Shown: positions 38,870 through 51,156, counted from the first letter of the whole stretch. The stretch is 62,919 nt of DNA, filler included, from Reticulomyxa filosa (GCA_000512085.1; 18 parts of 18 records of this genome joined end to end with filler, not necessarily neighbours in it), one strand, 5' to 3'. Translations and numbers: made by a program. Notes: generated from the sequence alone by a model not told the origin.

Positions 38870-39626
38870 ATGCAATTGGAAACAACAAAGAAAGCAGAAG
38901 GAGAAAGAGCCCCTGAAGATGTATTGAAGGACTTCCTTGAAAAGAACAAAGTTAAAAAAAGTAATGACGTTGCAGAGAAATTTTCACAAATTGAAGTAAC
39001 TCTGGAAGACTTAATGCAATATCGCGAAAAGGAGATTGAGTTAGTCTTTAATTTGTGTATTCTTTCATTTACTTTTTTAACAAAATAAAATAACAAAAAA
39101 GGGACATTTGCGCAGAGGCAGGAATATCAATGGTGAGTAAAGCAGATTTATGTAAAGTGTTAAGAAGCACACCAGACAGTTATGCTTACAAAGAGGCACA
39201 AAGAACGAAAGTAGTATTGCCCCCATTGATATTACAAGCAAGCGAACAAGAGAAACTGGACGCGATATACGAAAAGGTGAAAAAGGTATCGGAAAAAGTG
39301 ATGGCAATAGATAAAGAAGTAGAACAAATGGAACGAGAAAGTCAAGAAAAAAAAAAAGAAATAAATGAGAAATTTGAGGAAATGATATCAAATATGACAA
39401 AACATAAAGAAAAGATAATAAATGAATTGGAAGAAATAAAAAATAAAAAAATAAATGAAATGAAAAAAATGAGAGAAGAATTAGTAAAAAAAGAAAAAGA
39501 AATGAAAGAATGGAATGAAAAATGGAATGAAGCAATGAGTGATCCAAATACAGATATTTATGTAAGAAAACAGAATATTCTAAATTTAATTGAAGCATCA
39601 CCATTTTCTAATGATAATAAATTATT
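38870..39626 (+). CDS. Protein with a SAM-like N-terminus and a long coiled coil; paralogue of the gene at 51157 (truncated)
   Basis: FSQIEVTLEDLMQYREKEI|..ICAEAGISMVSKADLCKVL resembles a SAM domain and is followed by an E/K-rich heptad region. Confidence 0.6.
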
Positions 39627-39726
39627 NNNNNNNNNNNNNNNNNNNNNNNNNNNNNNNNNNNNNNNNNNNNTTAATTAATTAANNNNNNNNNNNNNNNNNN
39701 NNNNNNNNNNNNNNNNNNNNNNNNNN

Positions 39727-40690
39727 AACTCTAAAGACAAGCCTAAAGATAATGCGGAGCCAGTCCCTGAGAATAACACTGACAATGAAAAGAAGACAGA
39801 CAATGCTGACAAGAATACGCAAGAGCCACAGGCACCAAAAGACAGCGAACAAAAGCCAAAGGGGGCGTTGCAACAAAAGTTTGGTCATTTGAACATTAAC
39901 CCAGCGGCATTGAAGCCAAAGCAGCCAATTGAAAAAAAATCAACTCTTGTCAATGACGAAAAAGAGAAAGAAAAGGAAAATGCTAACCCAAGCGCAACAA
40001 CAGCAACAACAACAACAACAACGACAACAACAATAACAGAAACCAAAGCACCAACGAGTTCCAATGCTAATGCCAACAACAAAAACGAATCTTCAATTGT
40101 GACCACTTCGACAGGATCGAGGTTGTCCGATCGCTGGCCTGGTTTGAACAAGAACAAGAGTAATGACAGCACGATAACACCACCCAGCGCCGGTGTCGGC
40201 ACCGACGCAGATCAAAAACCCAAACCTGCAGTTGGGAAACTGGGAGACAAGTTTGCTCATTTGAATATCAATGCATCAGCTTTGAAACCTCAAAGTGCTT
40301 CTACCAATGCAACTGCAACTGCAACTGCAACTGCAGCCACAACTGCAACTACAACTACACCTACTGGAGTAGCAACAACATCGACGACAGAGACGCCAAA
40401 AAAAGAAGAGGAAAAGACGACGCCCACCGATGCCGTTGCCACGGCGGATAAGAAGGTGTCAAAGCTAAAGTTTGCCGGCATTAAGATCGATCCTTCGTTG
40501 CTGCGACCCGGCGCGGCGCCAACCTTTAAGAAATCCAAGCCCACGGGCGAGTCCGGCATTATTTCAAATGACCTCATCTTAAACCGTCCCGTCATCAAAA
40601 AAAAGCGAGCAGCGACTCATCGCAAACACGCAGATGTGGCTCAATTGGCCGACGATGAAAAGGAAGAGCAAGAATATGGATCATGGAAAG
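39727..40690 (+). CDS. Low-complexity Thr/Lys-rich protein with CapZIP/FAM21-like motifs (partial)
   Basis: 304-aa ORF with three copies of KFxxLxIxPxxLxP and a basic RP motif. Confidence 0.6.
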
Positions 40691-40826
40691 GTAAGCTTTA
40701 TCAAAACAAAAAGTATATATATACATNNNNNNNNNNNNNNNNNNNNNNNNNNNNNNNNNNNNNNNNNNNNTTAATTAATTAANNNNNNNNNNNNNNNNNN
40801 NNNNNNNNNNNNNNNNNNNNNNNNNN

Positions 40827-41290
40827 CTCATGCACAACTTGGAGCAAGCCCTTTGGGAAGTTGGCACGATCCATCAACTCGGCCAGCATCATGACCGCTG
40901 TAGGTACTCTTTCTGATGGTTTCAATACAAACGAATTTCTGCAAAAAATTGCCAAGGGGTACATCTATTTTTATTTATTTAATTTTTTTGTTGTTATTAA
41001 TATTGCAAATTAAATATGCATATTGCGAAAACAACAATGTCAAAAAAAAAAAAATTCTTCTTTCCCCCCCCCCTTTTTTTTTTTGCTGTGTGATGATTTC
41101 TTGAAAGGATGAATCCAGCATATACTTTTTTTTTAAAGTTTGGGAAAAGGGGGATCCACACAACAACTATAAGGCCACATGCAAATGGCGTAACTACGTT
41201 TCCTCGTTTCAAGTCGATCAAGTAATTGACTTGGACCAATTGCAAGTGGATACCGCTTTGTGCAGACCTATGGATCTCCTCGCTGGTGTA
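40827..41290 (-). pseudogene. Methylmalonate-semialdehyde dehydrogenase (ALDH6)-like fragment, divergent and apparently 5'-truncated
   Basis: VVTPFACGLIVVVW|[52 protein letters not shown] is typical of ALDH6; the PFNFP motif is altered. Confidence 0.6.
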
Positions 41291-41767
41291 ATGAGGTCAT
41301 GGTAATTGTTGACACTCACTGGAGAATAGTGAATATGCATGACGTAGGTTTGTTGCCAAAGCTTTTTTTTTGGATTTATTTATTGGCATTTTTAACACGT
41401 AAATGTAATAAGTCTTCAGACGTGGGGAAGAGTGTGTCTTATAATTTCTTTTTTTTTCCCCTTGTTTGGTGACATTAAGTTGGACTTGGGATATGCAAGT
41501 AAATAGTGTTTCTTGTTCATTGTGAAGAAAAATGTAACTGATAAATAACAATCAACAATCATCCAAGCTTCTTAAAAAAAAGTCTTTTTTCCACTCTTTT
41601 TTTAAATACTTATTTTGGTAATCTTATTAAAACAAAATAGAAAAGAAATAATTTTGGATTTTGATAACTTTAAATATGAACTTGAATTCTAACAATACAG
41701 AAACAAGAATAAAACAGTCAAGAAAGGGGTGATTGACTTGTCCTCAAACTGCATTGTTGTAGTTGAA

Positions 41768-42330
41768 ATGTTTCGTCGTACGTTCAGTGTGCGTCACATA
41801 CCATCGATCTTGCAATTGCGTGCATGTACTCGTGTGTTAGGTTGTCGTAGCTTCTCAGGCGGGAAGACAGCATCCGAAGCAAATGAGCGCCTAAACGCAG
41901 TCCAAGCCAGCCAACTGCCGTCTCCAAGCCCAACGCTATTGAGAGTGGACGTGCGTCGACCAGCAATTGAAGCTGACAAGCTGCGTCAAATAGAAACGCC
42001 ATGTTTGCTAATGGACCTGGACGATTTGGACACAAATCTGAAGGCAATGAATGACTGGCTTCACACAGCAAACACTCAACAGCAACAGCAACAGCAACAA
42101 AGCACAACAGCGAATTATAATATACGCATACGTCCTCATTTGAAATTACACAACTGCAGTGCACTGCGCTTTTACCAGCTGGAAAAGCACAGCAAATATT
42201 GCGACAACAAGTTGTGTGTGTGAGCAGTGTGTTTGACGCGGAAGCATTGACGAATAGCGCAACGAGTCTTTGCAGCAACTGCACCTTCGCTTCCCATTGG
42301 AAGCACTTATGCACCCAGCAATCCACCAAG
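41768..42330 (+). CDS. Fold-type III PLP enzyme, D-threonine aldolase / D-serine dehydratase (DSD1) family, N-terminal part
   Basis: IETPCLLMDLDDLDTNL and IRPHLKLHNC (PLP lysine). After a 1-nt shift near 42210 the frame reads VCVSSVFDAEAL. Confidence 0.78.
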
Positions 42331-43959
42331 NNNNNNNNNNNNNNNNNNNNNNNNNNNNNNNNNNNNNNNNNNNNTTAATTAATTAANNNNNNNNNNNNNN
42401 NNNNNNNNNNNNNNNNNNNNNNNNNNNNNNATTTTTTTCTTTTCTTAAATAAAATTTTTCAAAATTTTTTCCACAATCTTTTTTCCATCCCTTTTTTCCA
42501 ACTCTTTTTCCAACACTTTTCCCAACAACCTTACCCTATCCCAAAAAAAATAAAAAAAACTTTCAAATTGCTCCCTCTTGGCCCCTATAACATATTCACA
42601 AAGAAAATAATTTTTTAATTTTTTTAAAGAAAAAAAATAAAACTTGATTTTGGAGCTCTAAGCTCTAATTTTCCATTTTCCTAATTTTTTTCTTTTGTGG
42701 GGAGTGGACAACCTTTTTTTTTTTTGATGTGAGTATGCCTATTCATAAACATACGTATACTTTTTATTAAAAAAGATAAAAAATAAAAAAATAAAAAATA
42801 TGAACATTTTGATTTTTTTTTCAACACTGTGTGGCTTCGACCCCGCAGTTTTTCTTTGGACGAGGGCCAAATAATTTTTTTTAATATAGGGCTGCGGCTG
42901 CTTTGCAAAACACATTATCATTATGTCAAAAAATAAAAATAAATAAATAAAAATATAACAAACCATGATTTCTCCTTGCGGAGACGGGGGGCTTACCCCA
43001 TTTTCTTTTTTTTTTGTTGCAGGATGCAAAGCATCCGAATAGAAAAAACATTTTTTTAAAGTGGACTGCTGTTAAAACAAACCACTTTTTTTTTAAGTTG
43101 AAATTATTTTTAAAAAGCAAAACAGAAAAGACATACCGGTAGAAGAGGGTGCAATCACCCTAATTACGAGCTAGTACAACCAGAGAGACAAAAAAAAAAG
43201 ACCTTTTTTTTCATTAAGATATAAATGGGCAACTTATAAATATTAATTAAAAAAGATGTAAATTTGTAATTTTTTTGAGTATTTTCACATTTTTTACAAA
43301 AAAATTTGAAAAAAGAATTGTTACAATTTTTTATTGTATTTCTACAATTGTGATTCCAAAAAAAGGATTAATTACAAAAAATTGAAAATTAAAATTGTTT
43401 TTTTTAATGATTAATTATTTTTCCTTGAGTAATGATTTTTCTATTGAAGAGAAAAGTTTTCCCTTTTTAGAAAAATTCTCTTGGACATTACAAACGTGGT
43501 TTTGGCTCTTCTCTTTAAATAACCTAACAAAGCAAACTTCTACAACATGGAACTCGCTTTTGAGAATTCCTTCACCAATGCTCTCCTCTGCAACGTGCAA
43601 CAGTTGCCGAAAAAGAAAATAATCAGGTGTACCCAAAACAACAGCATTCGAAAAAGAGGTGCTGTCATCACGGCCAAAACAAATACATTTTCCTATTATG
43701 GTCTCTCCTGACATTGGCAACATGCAAGTTGACGTTGTAAATCTATCCTCACATTCAAGAGAGGACATCAATGTTTTTGTTGTTTCATTCAATCTATTTA
43801 GCAGGACCACGTTTTTATGCATTTTTTCATCACTTTATTGTGATCAAACACAAGCTNNNNNNNNNNNNNNNNNNNNNNNNNNNNNNNNNNNNNNNNNNNN
43901 TTAATTAATTAANNNNNNNNNNNNNNNNNNNNNNNNNNNNNNNNNNNNNNNNNNNNGCC

Positions 43960-44079
43960 GGAACAATCTTGACTGGATCCGTCTCGTCAGGAACTATCTT
44001 GACAGGAACCATCTTTTCATGAGCAATCTTGTCAGGAGCCATCTTGACAGGACCAATCTTGACAGCAACCATCTTGACA
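43960..44079. repeat. 15-bp minisatellite, 8 degenerate units (consensus GGAACCATCTTGACA), cut by the contig start
   Basis: ggaacaatcttgact/ggatccgtctcgtca/ggaactatcttgaca/ggaaccatcttttca/tgagcaatcttgtca/ggagccatcttgaca/ggaccaatcttgaca/gcaaccatcttgaca. Confidence 0.92.
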
Positions 44080-45679
44080 TATTTCTATTGTTGTGTTCCT
44101 TTCCATCATGAAGGTTTGCTTACATGAACTTATTGAAGTAAATTGCGTATAAAGAGAGTTATACATCCAATGTAATCAAGATTGATGAAATACTGAAAAT
44201 TACTCAGTATTTGCAAAATAAATATCTTTTTTATTAACAAAAGAAATTTCAGTGTCAAAAACGAATTAATTTTTATGATGACCCCCAAAAAAATTCTCGT
44301 TTCATTTATGTTCATAAATAAAATGCTAGGACTTTGTTACTCGTTTCTAATACCGCAAAGTTAGTACATTTCTTTTTTGTGTAGAAGAAAACATGTTTGT
44401 AACGGTAAATGGTTGTGTTTTTTTTTTAGAGTTGCGAATTAACGAAGAGTTTAATTAAATTGAGAATTTGTTTCTCTTTACAAAAGTGGATATCAAGATT
44501 ACGACACATTTTTTATTTGTTAAAAAAAACATTGATGACTTGCGAAATTTTTATTTTTCACATTTTGCCTGAAACGGTACAAAAAAAAAAGATATTTTCA
44601 AGTAGAAAAAAGGCGTAAAAATCAATGTATCATACACAAATCACAAAAATAATTTTTCTCCAATATTAAAAATACCAACAAAATGATCAGCACTTTTTTA
44701 AATAAAATTGATCCAAATGCAACAATGATGAGTTAAAATTAAATTATTTAATACCAACAAAAGCATCACCAAAGAGTTTTAAAAAATTGACCAAAAAAGG
44801 GAAATCGAAAAAGAAAAATTTGTCATATAATCCATGTGGCAAGTATATCCTTAAGCAATTGTTATAATTTATTATGGTTTTTTGTTTTTTAATTTTTCTT
44901 TGAAGACATATATACTCATAATGTAGAGAAAAAATTTGAATGTAGTCAATTCAACAAACGATTCAAAACCAATATTGTATAATTTTGTTTTATTGGAACT
45001 GTTGATTAAAATTTTTTGGTTTTCTATTTAACTTCAACATACAAGTTTTCTTTGATTTGAGTATTTTATTTTGAATGATTTAGTAGTTAAAATGCAATTT
45101 CTATTTTTATGGTACATTAATTTTCGATTCGTATTTCGTTATAAATGTTACTTTAATTATTATCTGTTAATTTAAATCAATCAATGAGTGTGAAAATTGT
45201 AGTGCAATACATTATTTTATTTGTTTTAAAAAAATATATATATATTTAACGTTAACAAATGGACCAAAATCCAATTCAAAAGCAAAATCTGACTGAATCA
45301 CAACAGTATTGAATCGATCTAGTTAAAAAAGAAAATCATTATTGAATAAAACTTAAAATTTATTATTTTCGTTCGCCTGTATGAAGATTGATATTTGTTG
45401 TTACTTGCTTGAATAGATCGTTCAGTTGTATCAATTTTCATTATTTTTTATATTTCTTTTAATTTTGATTAACAAATGAATATATCATTTAAGATTTTAT
45501 AACATATACTTTATGTTGTTTCTTATTTTATATATTGCTTCTTCATGAAAAAAATTGATTATTTTTATAAAGTGCAATTTCAGTCAACTTTCTTTTGAAT
45601 TATACTGTATAATATAACATTGAATATTTATTATTTCAAATATACAAAATCTTATTATAAACTATGCTTGATTTATTTA

Positions 45680-46370
45680 TTTTTTTGTATCAATTAATTA
45701 CGATTATAACTTGTAGTCATAATAATTTGTATATAATAGTCATTTTGAGAAAATAAAGTTCAGGATCCTTAAAATCAATTTTATATATATAATATATAAT
45801 TAAATTTATTCTTTATTATTTGCAAAAAACCAAATTTGAGCATTCAAAAATATATTATTTTTAGAATACTTAAAATATAATTATCATTATATAAAAAAGT
45901 GAAATTGAGGATACATAAAGTTTAAGTAAATAATATATTTTGAAATAATCAGCAAATTGCTGAATTTGTGATAATTGAATATGTAGAAGTATCATTATAA
46001 AAAAAATTATCTACAATTAATGTAATTTGCATTTTCTTTATGTAAATAAGTAAATCTTTGTATTGCTTGATATTAAGTTTTATGAATCATTTATTTCACT
46101 TTTATATAATCATACAAATTATGTAGAAAAATAATTTTAGTATTTTACAATTATACACTAGCAATATAACTTTTTTTCTAATAATACTAAAAAAAAATAT
46201 TTGAATATATATTATCTGAATCCTGAGTTTTTTTCGAAATATAAACAAAAAAGTGTTTTCAAGGATCTGTATACAAGTTGTTATGACAACTTATGATTTT
46301 GACAATTAAAATTATCAAATTATTTATTTAACAAATACTTAATCTGTTGATATCAAACTAATTGAACAAA
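45680..46370. repeat. Degenerate long inverted repeat (fold-back) centred near 46000
   Basis: Four to five nested reverse-complement matches placed symmetrically (see findings). Confidence 0.5.
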
Positions 46371-46477
46371 TAAAAGATATAACAAAAAAGAATGAGACGC
46401 ACGTGCTATAAGCCAAGAGTATGTTTATTTTATTTGTTTTTTTATGCGAAAAAATAATGTTTTACATTTACGTATAA

Positions 46478-47477
46478 ATGCTAGCGTGACATTTGACCTC
46501 GCTCATTGTCCTGAGGATTTCGATTTTGTGCGTATCAATTGGTGCACTTCGATTATTAACAGCTCCAGAGACTTTAAGGTTGATTTCGAGGTTCATCCAT
46601 GCTAATTAAAGAATCAAACATTCCTTATTGGAAGAAAATACATGATTTATTGGCTAAAAACCGTGACGACAAGATTAATGAAGTCAATATGATTGATAGG
46701 TGTGTTCGGACTCTAGGTGGATCTTCGACAAAAGTTTGGAGAAACAGCGTGAAGAAATAAAAAAGAAAAAGTTCCAGCTTCTTCAAAAGTATCGTGAAGA
46801 AATGTGGTTACAGCTCGATGAAAAAAATTGTGTGATTTGTTATGAAGGTATTGCTCGTTTACATATTTTCAAGGCTCGTGAGTTGGTTAAATTGGCTGTG
46901 GACATCATTTTCACATTGGGTCTGCAACAACTCTTGTTCATGCTGCTGTTAATGGTAATGCTGCTTGTCACCTTTGACGTAGTTCAACATCGATTCGCTG
47001 TGGTTGTGGAGATCCAACTTGTTCTCATTTCGTTTTATATTCTCAAGAAAAGAAAGCCAAATTGGCAAAGAAATGCCGGATTGATGATAATGATATCATT
47101 ATTAGCGCAATTGTAGATGAAGAAAAAATCAATGCTATGAGTTTGGAGAATTAAGCAAATTAACAGTTCAAGCGACGAATGAAAAGATTGCTGATGGTTA
47201 TGATATCAATTATTATAATCCTGAAAAAGATAATAAGTTTATGTTTAATGTGTTGGAAAAAATTTTGCTTGATAGAAATAAGCTTGGTATTTTCGACGTT
47301 GAAATCATTGACAAAGAACCTGCTTTAATACAAAGACAGATTATGCTTAGTGAAAACGTTCATTACTTGTGTTTTGAAAATCTTGTTGAATCGATTGAAA
47401 AAGATAAAAGTTTCCAAGACAAAGAAGATTTACTTTGTGAAAAATATAATCAATTCGTTGAAAAACAAAACAAGTAA
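46478..47477 (+). pseudogene. Decayed intronless RING-finger gene
   Basis: CVIC (46829), a frameshift, then GCGHHFHIGS...ACHL*RS with TGA at 46975 where the last RING Cys is expected. Several further shifts. Confidence 0.65.
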
Positions 47478-47521
47478 AAAAAATCCCACCATTGAAAAAT
47501 CGTTGCTTTTATTTTTTATAC

Positions 47522-49047
47522 TCAATGGTAATTATTTTCATCAGAACAACCTTCATATACAGAATCACGGGTAGTCGGGATTATACTGTTTTCAACATGA
47601 TATCTAGCCCAACCTGTTTTCATCTCGTAGTCAAAAGTTGGATCATTCATTTCTCTTAATTCACTAATACTTTGACAATAATTTTTTCGAACTGTCTGAC
47701 ATAATAATAAATCACCACGATCATTAAGTGAAAAAATATTTGCATACAATGCTAATGTAAGAGTTCTTTCATCATTCGTTAATTTTTTTAAACAATAAAC
47801 TGGATCTTTAAAATTAATAATTAATTTGAATACATCTTTTGGTCTATCATACGATAACTCATTCTTATAATATTTTTTGCTTCATAATATTCTTTGCAAT
47901 GTCCTTTAACATGATGATTTTCAAATTCTTTTGATGATTCAAATAAATGATTAAAGCTGTCACAATAAGCAGATGTATAATTAAACACAGTAACTTTATA
48001 ATTTCTATCTAAAAATTTATCAGATTCATCATCATAAACCAACCTTTGGACAATACATTCCTTTAAAGGATAATCACCAATAATCGCTGTCCAATATTGA
48101 TATTCTGAATAAACAGATAATTGATGAAGTAAATGAAGCAATTTAAATTTTAACATTCCAGTTTTATCCATATTAGCAATGTGTAAGACCCAACCTATGT
48201 ATTTATCTAAAGTGCTTTCAAGTATTTCCAATAATTTTACATCCTTTAATAAATCTCCGCTTGAAAATTCTTCTACATTCTCAGTAACAGGAGTAAACGT
48301 AAAAGCATAAACTTTTTCTACACGTTTTTGACAAAATTTTGAAGTCACAGTGTCTCTTCTTTCAATTTCCCACTTATCACAAATTGTGACCAACATCGCT
48401 CTTTCAACCACAGCTTCAGTTCTTGGCCTACCCTTAAAAAAATTACTAAAATACATCGGAAAAGTCGCCTTATTCATCATCATTATAACTTCTTTTACGT
48501 TCCTTGGTGTTTCGTAAATCTAACCGTTATGATCAATAATTTTTTGAGTTGCTTAGGCGTTGCACCATATTCCATTACATCCTCATAATAATGTTCATAT
48601 GTTAAACAACGTTTAGTGTTGTCAATAAATAAACCAATTTTACCATTATAAAAAACAAAAGGATCAAATGAACGAATTTCATGAGCATTTGGATCAAGCG
48701 AAGAAATAATGGCTTTAATTGAAACGTGAAGATTATTAGTTCTAACACTTCTAATAATTGATCTAACTTTTTCTACTCTAATCATCTCTTGTGAATCTTC
48801 CATCACACAATCATCATCAATATCTTCTTTTCAGACAAACTAAATAAATAATTAAAACTATTCATACCTTTTGACGTATATAATAAAAAACCAGATTCGT
48901 CTAATGAATCCAATATTTTCAACCACTCATAAATAAATCTTTTTTCTCAGTCAAACATTTCCGCACATCTTTCATATCACAATAAAAGTTTTTTCATCAA
49001 CTCTTTTGCAAAAATTAAACGTTATCATCAAAGCGTTTTTACGTATA
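47522..49047 (-). pseudogene. One long intronless ORF of unknown function, broken by indels and a stop
   Basis: ORFs 48495-48806, 47821-48483 and 47522-47749 join by single frame changes at A-runs (IIDHNG*IYETPRNVKEVIMMMNK; YYKNELSYDRPKDVFKLIINFKDP). Confidence 0.5.
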
Positions 49048-49234
49048 NNNNNNNNNNNNNNNNNNNNNNNNNNNNNNNNNNNNNNNNNNNNTTAATTAAT
49101 TAANNNNNNNNNNNNNNNNNNNNNNNNNNNNNNNNNNNNNNNNNNNNAATATATATATATATATATGTATATGTATATAATATGTTGTCGTTTTTGCAAT
49201 CACTAATGAAAATGGAATTGGGGACACAACAGCA

Positions 49235-50376
49235 TTGGATCGTTACCGCCTTCAAAGAAGAGCCAATCGAAAGTCATGGGCGAGTTATATGGAAAATAAG
49301 CCAATTGAGATCGTGTCGAACACGAAAGAGGCGTCACGTCGAATGAGTTTGTGTGAGTTGTCGTCCGCATTGAACCAAATTCGCAAGCATCCTGAAGAAG
49401 TTTCGCCACAACTCTTGTCGTACTTTCCTCCCGCGCCCTTCACTGATCCAAACCATACATCATTGGAAGTTGCTACAACGACGCAAGAGGAACAACAACA
49501 ACAACAACAACAAAAGCAACAAGCACATGCACCTTTGAACGGCATGGATCCGTCCGTCCCGCCTACCAAACGCATTAGTATCAGTATCAGTCTCAATTCT
49601 CAACCCTTCACAAGGCGACTTTCAGCTTTGTTCGCCAAAAGCTCTTCTACTGACGACGACATGGTCACATTAATGACCAATCATATCCAAAACTATACCA
49701 AAGCGAGAGAATTGGCTGTGCAGCCAGTCATCCCGGAAGAGCAGTCCCCACATTCTATCCAAAAGTTTTGTGTTTGTAATATATATATATATGTACATAT
49801 ATGTATACGTAAGCTTTAATTGATCTTATGTTCCGTGGGTATACAGCGAGATGCATGAGCAAAAGGATGACGATTTGCCAGAGGATGCCACACGCACAAC
49901 TGAGACGACGCTAAAAGAATTACCCATTTCGGTCTTTTTTTTTTTTTTTTTCTGTTTTCTTTCGTTCCTTTATTTCTTTGAATGATCAACTTGAATGAAC
50001 AAAAACAGCTTTCTTCTCCTTAACCATAAAGTGCTTGTTTATTTTTTTTTATTATTATTTTTTAGATGGACACACCAAAGGATCCAAAAATTGGTCAACC
50101 TGAATTAGGTATTTGTCAATAACTTTTTCTTTTTAGAGTGATTTGTACAAGGTACATCCTTTTGATAATTAACTCCAAACTTTTTTGCAATGTGTACACA
50201 ACTAAAATAAAAAAAAAAAACAAAAAAAAAGAGAAAAAATCGGACGTGTTATTAGCGGATACACCAATACAGATTGAATTAACCGATGCTGTGATATTGG
50301 CACCTGACCCAAAAATGGAGCCTGTTGTTGTTGAAACAGAAATGATAGAGTTGGACAATCAAGACAAACAGCCTTA
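49235..50376 (+). CDS. Hypothetical multi-exon protein, C-terminal part
   Basis: Protein-like exons with poly-Q separated by GT-AG introns. No family recognised. Confidence 0.4.
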
Positions 50377-51156
50377 GTCTCGAGTATTGAATGTTGATGA
50401 TATCCTCTTTGCAATGAAAGAAGTTTGGCTCATATCTTTTGCATATCCATACATAATGTGCTCTAAATCGCAATGTATCCCAATTTGCTTGTGTAACGAT
50501 CAATTAGGATACAAAGTTGCAGCCAACGTTGAAGAAAAGGACTTTATTTTTAATATCAAATAAAATAATTAGTATTTTTTTTAAATTTTATGTTTAATTT
50601 GTTTTGCAGTGTTTTGGCCATCATTTTGGGTGCTAATTCAAAATGCACAATTGTAAAAAACGTCTTGGCCATTATCACGATAGGTTCCTTTTTTTCTTTT
50701 GTCGATTTTATATTGTCTTTTTTCTAAGGTCATTTATGTAAAATTGGTGCTTTTTTTAATACAAGAAATAATACAATGAAACTTGTTTTTTCTTCTTCTA
50801 ATAATCCTTTTGATAAAAGTTCACTAACTTTTTTGCCAATGGGTGTCTTGAAAAACATTTGAAAAAAAAAAATTTTATTTAAAATGAATCATTAGCCTTC
50901 ACAAAACTACTCGCCACAACATTAACAAAGAAAAGCAATCGTGCGTATATTGCAAAAAGCGGATGATGAGAACGAAGCTTCGAAGAGTTTCTTTGCGCAA
51001 GCAACGTACACAACGACGTGAACAGCCAAATGTTGAAAGTGATTCAGCAGTCCGGATTTGTTGGAATGGATAGAAAAAAAGTTTGGGATTTCTTAGCAAC
51101 ATACAAGAACCAAACATAAAGAATGCAGAAAATAAAAAAATTAATGAATCAGATGG

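Noticed and set aside
31041-40690. MROH1-like and FAM21/CapZIP-like genes (and EHD, VPS8) as an endosomal gene cluster
   Set aside because: They are on different contigs; co-occurrence is an artefact of concatenation.
42431-43856. 135-aa minus-strand ORF (43415-43822) and the adjacent homopolymer-rich tract
   Set aside because: No recognisable motif, and the tract looks like low-quality sequence.
43960-44079. CRISPR-like array
   Set aside because: The units are contiguous 15-mers with no unique spacers, and there are no cas genes.
44020-48530. Stop-codon reassignment in the foreign-looking contig (TGA at a Gly position in the repeat, TGA at a RING Cys, a TAG in the long ORF)
   Set aside because: The implied amino acids are inconsistent and co-occur with frameshifts; ordinary decay is simpler.
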